A stretch of 64,000 bases of DNA, taken from assembly GCA_030429765.1 (NCBI GenBank), contig JAUIER010000021.1:1619-65618 (forward strand), given 5' to 3'. Positions 60,722 to 64,000 of the stretch are shown piece by piece. This stretch comes from a bacterium (GTDB taxonomy: Bacteria > Omnitrophota > Gorgyraeia > Zapsychrales > Zapsychraceae). Position numbers and translations under genes: made by a program. How positions within the stretch are numbered: position 1 is the stretch's first letter; each line of letters opens with the position of its first letter. The notes under the pieces were generated by a model. The model had not been told where the DNA came from and did not search any database. It saw only the letters and a list, made by a program, of their open reading frames with translations.

Positions 60722-63016
60722 CTAGGCTTTGAGTTCTTGGATATCAGTTAATCCTAATAGGAACTTCTCCCCGCTTTTACCCTGTCCTTCATACGCCAAT
60801 CGGTAACAGTAACGCATACCGTTACGCCCGGCCTGAACAATCACATACTCAAACTCGATTAACTCCCTTAAATGAATGTGTAACCGGGTATTGCTCCATC
60901 CCGTGAACTCCCGGATATCCCGACGGCTGAATGTTACACCTGATCGGCTAGGCGCCTCGTCTTTTAAATCTTTGATTTTATGCTCGATCATGTCATCTAG
61001 CTGGATCAAAAGGTCCCGGCTAGGCTGTGAGAGTTCATCCAACGACCTGCCCAAAACTTCATGGGCTAACTTGTTGGTAATCTCGATATCCACAATATCC
61101 ACTTCGATGAACGGAATGGAATTGCCGTTTTTATTTTCATATTTAACCTCTTTGACCATCTGCCGTAAAAAGGCCACTGTCTTTATTAAGTTCAAGTATT
61201 TTGGTTGATCTCGCCGGCTCTGTAACCGATCATCCCCGTATGTTAACTTATCGGCGTATGGATTCTTGACCGCCATGTTCTTTAACAACCGTTGAAAATT
61301 CCTGTGCCGTTTAATAACATTTTCAATTTGTACGTTGTGCGTTGGCCCATCGGATAAATGATTCTTCCGTTGGAAATTCAGGATTTTCCGGGTCTGCTCA
61401 CGGCTTTCATCAATGGACGTTACGAAAAACCGGGATTTGGTTTCAGGGTCTATTTTGGGGTTGGTCGTCGTTAAAAATACAGCTGTCGGCCCCTCAACCC
61501 TGTTTTCCATAGTGGTTAATTTCCCGGTCGCTAAATCCTTAATCGTGGATTCACTGGCAAGGCTCCTCGCACTGATTAAATTCCGTATGGCATAACTGGC
61601 GTCTTCGGCCCCGTCGCCTTCTTCCAATGCCAATACTTTGTGCTTCAATGATTGGGCGTCCTTATAGAACAATGCTTTTCCTGAAAGGCTCGTTAGCTTG
61701 CGCAAATCTTCTTCCGGGCAAAATGTACAGACCGCATCCTGTAAGGCTGTCTTGCCTGCCCCTGAACTCGACATAATCAATAACGCCAAAGGCACGTCTC
61801 TTTTACGGCTGGTCATAACAAGATACCCCAATAATTTGTTAGGCTCCTCACCTACGAGTCCGCACACTTCAAAATCCTTGATGATCTGCTCCATTAAATC
61901 GGGGCGCTTGCCGAATTCTTCCGCTTCCCTTTTCTCCCGTTCGCTCATACACTCTAAAACGGATATATCGGCCTTATCTCTGCCCGGCTGGTATTTCTCA
62001 CAAGCCACCATTAAACGGGTCACATCACTTTCGATGGTTTCAGGGGATTGAGCGAAAATCCGGCATATATCTTGGATCAATGCTTTGCGTGCCCTCGCCG
62101 TATAAAAATCCAAAGTATCCACGTGCAATTTCCCGGCATGCTTAACCCGTACCGTCGCCCTTAACCGCCTTGCGGACTTGGCGAGTCCAATCACCTGATA
62201 TTTCCGCTGTCCATAGCAGACCGATATATCCGCATCTGGATCACCGTCCGGATCGTCCACACGTTTATTCTGCAAACTTTCATTGATATCCGCATCCAAG
62301 AAGGATGTTAACTGCTCCCGCCCCTCAGCTATTAAATAGCTGTTGATGCTATGATCCATCGGCAACTGCCTGACTTGGCAGTTAATCGCATGGTCATTAA
62401 ATAGTTCGACAAGGTTGGTTTCCTGTCCGTTGCCGTTAACAATCATGATGTTGCTCACTCCACAGTCTTTAAAGAGTTTCGCATCTTCATGGCTAACTGA
62501 ATATTCTCCTACTGTTGCAACCACATTAAAGTAGCCTACACTGGCAACGCTTAAGGCATCTATCACGGATGATACTAGTACAATATTTGGGTACGTCTTA
62601 ATAACTCCCGTATTCCATAATCCAGAGGGTTGACTAGGCAAGTAAACAGGAGTTTCCTGTCCTGCTTTAGTACAGTAACCGCATAATGTCCTGATATTGC
62701 CTTCAAAATCATACACCGGGATAACCAGACAATTCTCAAACCGTTCTTCTGCTTTTGCATCTAAAATACCTGTCTGAACTAAATCATCAATAATCTGTCC
62801 CTTACGGGGTAATATCTGCCTTAATTGACCATCGGAATATCCAATGGCGTATCTATCCCATATCCCGGTATCGGTAATCCCTTGTTGATTAAGAAAGTCC
62901 CGTCCTTCGCTCGTATCGGCTAAATTCTTGGCATATACCGACACTACCTTGTCTAATAACTGCCTGACCTTTTCCTGAGAAACACAACTCTCCCTAATCT
63001 CCTGCTTACTTGTCAT
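60722..63016 (-). CDS. replication primase-helicase-like protein: toprim-like central domain plus a C-terminal P-loop (SF3-like) NTPase
   Basis: Walker A SSSGAGKT, Walker B VLALEEGD, a TTN motif, and a toprim-like segment with NGNG in place of DxD. Confidence 0.5.
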   Translation of the reverse strand: MTSKQEIRESCVSQEKVRQLLDKVVSVYAKNLADTSEGRDFLNQQGITDTGIWDRYAIGYSDGQLRQILPRKGQIIDDLVQTGILDAKAEERFENCLVIPVYDFEGNIRTLCGYCTKAGQETPVYLPSQPSGLWNTGVIKTYPNIVLVSSVIDALSVASVGYFNVVATVGEYSVSHEDAKLFKDCGVSNIMIVNGNGQETNLVELFNDHAINCQVRQLPMDHSINSYLIAEGREQLTSFLDADINESLQNKRVDDPDGDPDADISVCYGQRKYQVIGLAKSARRLRATVRVKHAGKLHVDTLDFYTARARKALIQDICRIFAQSPETIESDVTRLMVACEKYQPGRDKADISVLECMSEREKREAEEFGKRPDLMEQIIKDFEVCGLVGEEPNKLLGYLVMTSRKRDVPLALLIMSSSGAGKTALQDAVCTFCPEEDLRKLTSLSGKALFYKDAQSLKHKVLALEEGDGAEDASYAIRNLISARSLASESTIKDLATGKLTTMENRVEGPTAVFLTTTNPKIDPETKSRFFVTSIDESREQTRKILNFQRKNHLSDGPTHNVQIENVIKRHRNFQRLLKNMAVKNPYADKLTYGDDRLQSRRDQPKYLNLIKTVAFLRQMVKEVKYENKNGNSIPFIEVDIVDIEITNKLAHEVLGRSLDELSQPSRDLLIQLDDMIEHKIKDLKDEAPSRSGVTFSRRDIREFTGWSNTRLHIHLRELIEFEYVIVQAGRNGMRYCYRLAYEGQGKSGEKFLLGLTDIQELKA

Positions 63017-63070
63017 ATTAACCCTCCCGTTTATCGGCTGACTAATTTATTTTCATTGGCATATCATATA

Positions 63071-63162
63071 TGGTATAGTATTATATTCCATATGTAGTAT
63101 TTGTCAACCCAAATTATTTACACCCAAATGTATATTCACGATGTAATTTGTGGTATAGTATT
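63071..63162. promoter_or_regulatory. divergent promoter/operator region carrying two exact copies of TGGTATAGTATT (63071-63082 and 63151-63162)
   Basis: The 12-mer direct repeat lies 80 bp apart between the primase-helicase gene and the divergent XRE gene. Confidence 0.4.
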
Positions 63163-63180
63163 TCTTACCAAAGGAAACTT

Positions 63181-63507
63181 ATGAAATACGCTAAAAACAT
63201 TAAAAAATTACGTATCAAAGCAGGGTTATCCCAAGATGAATTCGCCCGGCTTTTAAAAGTCCCCCAACCAAATGTCAACCGCTGGGAAAATGGTGTAATT
63301 ACCCCCTCCTTAAAAACCATTGAAAAAATGGCCCAAGTTCTACAAGTCCCGTCAGATGCCATCCTGTTTAACAAATCCGACAAAGAAAAAATCAAAACGT
63401 CCAGTAAAGCCTTAACAGCACGCCTTAAGAAAATCGAAAAACTATCCTATACTGATCAACAAGCCATATTCCAAATCATTGACGCCTTCCTCAAATCCAA
63501 AAAGTAA
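63181..63507 (+). CDS. XRE-family (Cro/CI-type) HTH transcriptional regulator
   Basis: MKYAKNIKKLRIKAGLSQDEFARLLKVPQPNVNRWENG HTH; AAGGA RBS. Confidence 0.75.
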   Translation: MKYAKNIKKLRIKAGLSQDEFARLLKVPQPNVNRWENGVITPSLKTIEKMAQVLQVPSDAILFNKSDKEKIKTSSKALTARLKKIEKLSYTDQQAIFQIIDAFLKSKK

Positions 63508-63508
63508 T

Positions 63509-63979
63509 TTACTGTTCTTTCGGCACCCCATACGTCTTTATAAAATCCTCCTTGAGAATAAAATTAAAATACTGTCCAACTGCAATCAATCGCCCTGATT
63601 TCACCAGATCATGCTCAATCTTGAGTAATTTATCCCTGATCTGCTCTGTCTCGCAGATATAGACCACATTCCGATCCTTAACGTCCTTCCGCTTAGCGTA
63701 AAACTGAAATATCTTCCCGTACCGACCCGGAGCCTTCAAAGACCGTTCATACTCCAAAAAGTACTTCTGACGACTGCCGTCTTTCCGCTGTCTCCAAAAT
63801 ATCGCATCCGGCACCTTATGAGCCGTTATCCCATCTTTCTTATGTACAGGTAATGACCTGATATATTCCTCACTCCACCAGTCCACCACATTGATCTTGT
63901 CCACTTTTTCTAATATCGTCCTTAATTTATTGATCTCTAAAGAATGAGGAACCTTAGATAACAGCTTTTCACCCCGCAC
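63509..63979 (-). CDS. hypothetical protein of the mobile element (possibly N-terminally longer; near the window edge)
   Basis: ORF only. Confidence 0.3.
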   Translation of the reverse strand: MRGEKLLSKVPHSLEINKLRTILEKVDKINVVDWWSEEYIRSLPVHKKDGITAHKVPDAIFWRQRKDGSRQKYFLEYERSLKAPGRYGKIFQFYAKRKDVKDRNVVYICETEQIRDKLLKIEHDLVKSGRLIAVGQYFNFILKEDFIKTYGVPKEQ

Positions 63980-64000
63980 CTTGAACCTTGGAATATCTGG

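Larger units (their letters stand above)
51109..64000. mobile_element. composite mobile/defence island: TA pair, transposase, RHS cassettes, CBASS, tandem tyrosine recombinases, primase-helicase, XRE
   Basis: Clustering of mobility and defence genes. Segment 52.95-58.7 kb is visibly lower in GC than the flanking core genome. The right end is not in the window. Confidence 0.55.

Noticed and set aside
1-64000. CRISPR arrays, rRNA and tRNA genes
   Set aside because: No regularly spaced direct repeats and no rRNA- or tRNA-like structures were seen anywhere in the window

Overview
The window appears to come from a moderately GC-rich aerobic bacterium whose respiratory genes look like the Bacteroidota/FCB group or similar lineages. 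The first 16.2 kb is one minus-strand respiratory supercluster. It holds a complete alternative complex III operon (actABCDEF), three uncharacterised membrane redox proteins, and the cbb3 oxidase maturation genes with a fused ccoNO structural gene that runs off the window start. The three unknowns are two paralogous polytopic proteins with C-terminal c-type haem domains plus a NarI-like dihaem b cytochrome. They are translationally coupled between ACIII and cbb3 and are the best candidate for an undescribed electron-transfer module. The middle of the window (16 to 51 kb) is core housekeeping and stress genes. These include a class Ic-like ribonucleotide reductase beta subunit with an Rrf2 regulator, infA, a fused OtsA-OtsB, and a copper-delivery operon (cytochrome c, PCuAC with a (GSHK)5 tail, SCO1). 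Further genes are three MscS-type channels, cardiolipin synthase, CsbD, a histidine kinase/NarL-type regulator pair, MsrAB, OxyR, a GT4 glycosyltransferase and a large glycoside hydrolase. The last 13 kb (about 51.1 to 64.0 kb) is a composite, partly low-GC mobile/defence island. It contains a VapBC-like toxin-antitoxin pair, a DDE transposase, an orphan RHS C-terminal toxin cassette with a candidate immunity gene and a second truncated RHS remnant, and a three-gene CBASS-like operon (patatin phospholipase, CD-NTase-like cyclase, E2-like protein with a SEC-C motif). It also carries a small PD-(D/E)xK-like ORF, two tandem tyrosine recombinases (one frameshifted at a C4 run), a toprim-like/P-loop primase-helicase, and a divergent XRE regulator with repeated 12-mer operator-like sites. 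No rRNA, tRNA or CRISPR array was seen. All protein family calls rest on motifs recognised by eye in the translations; no database search was run.
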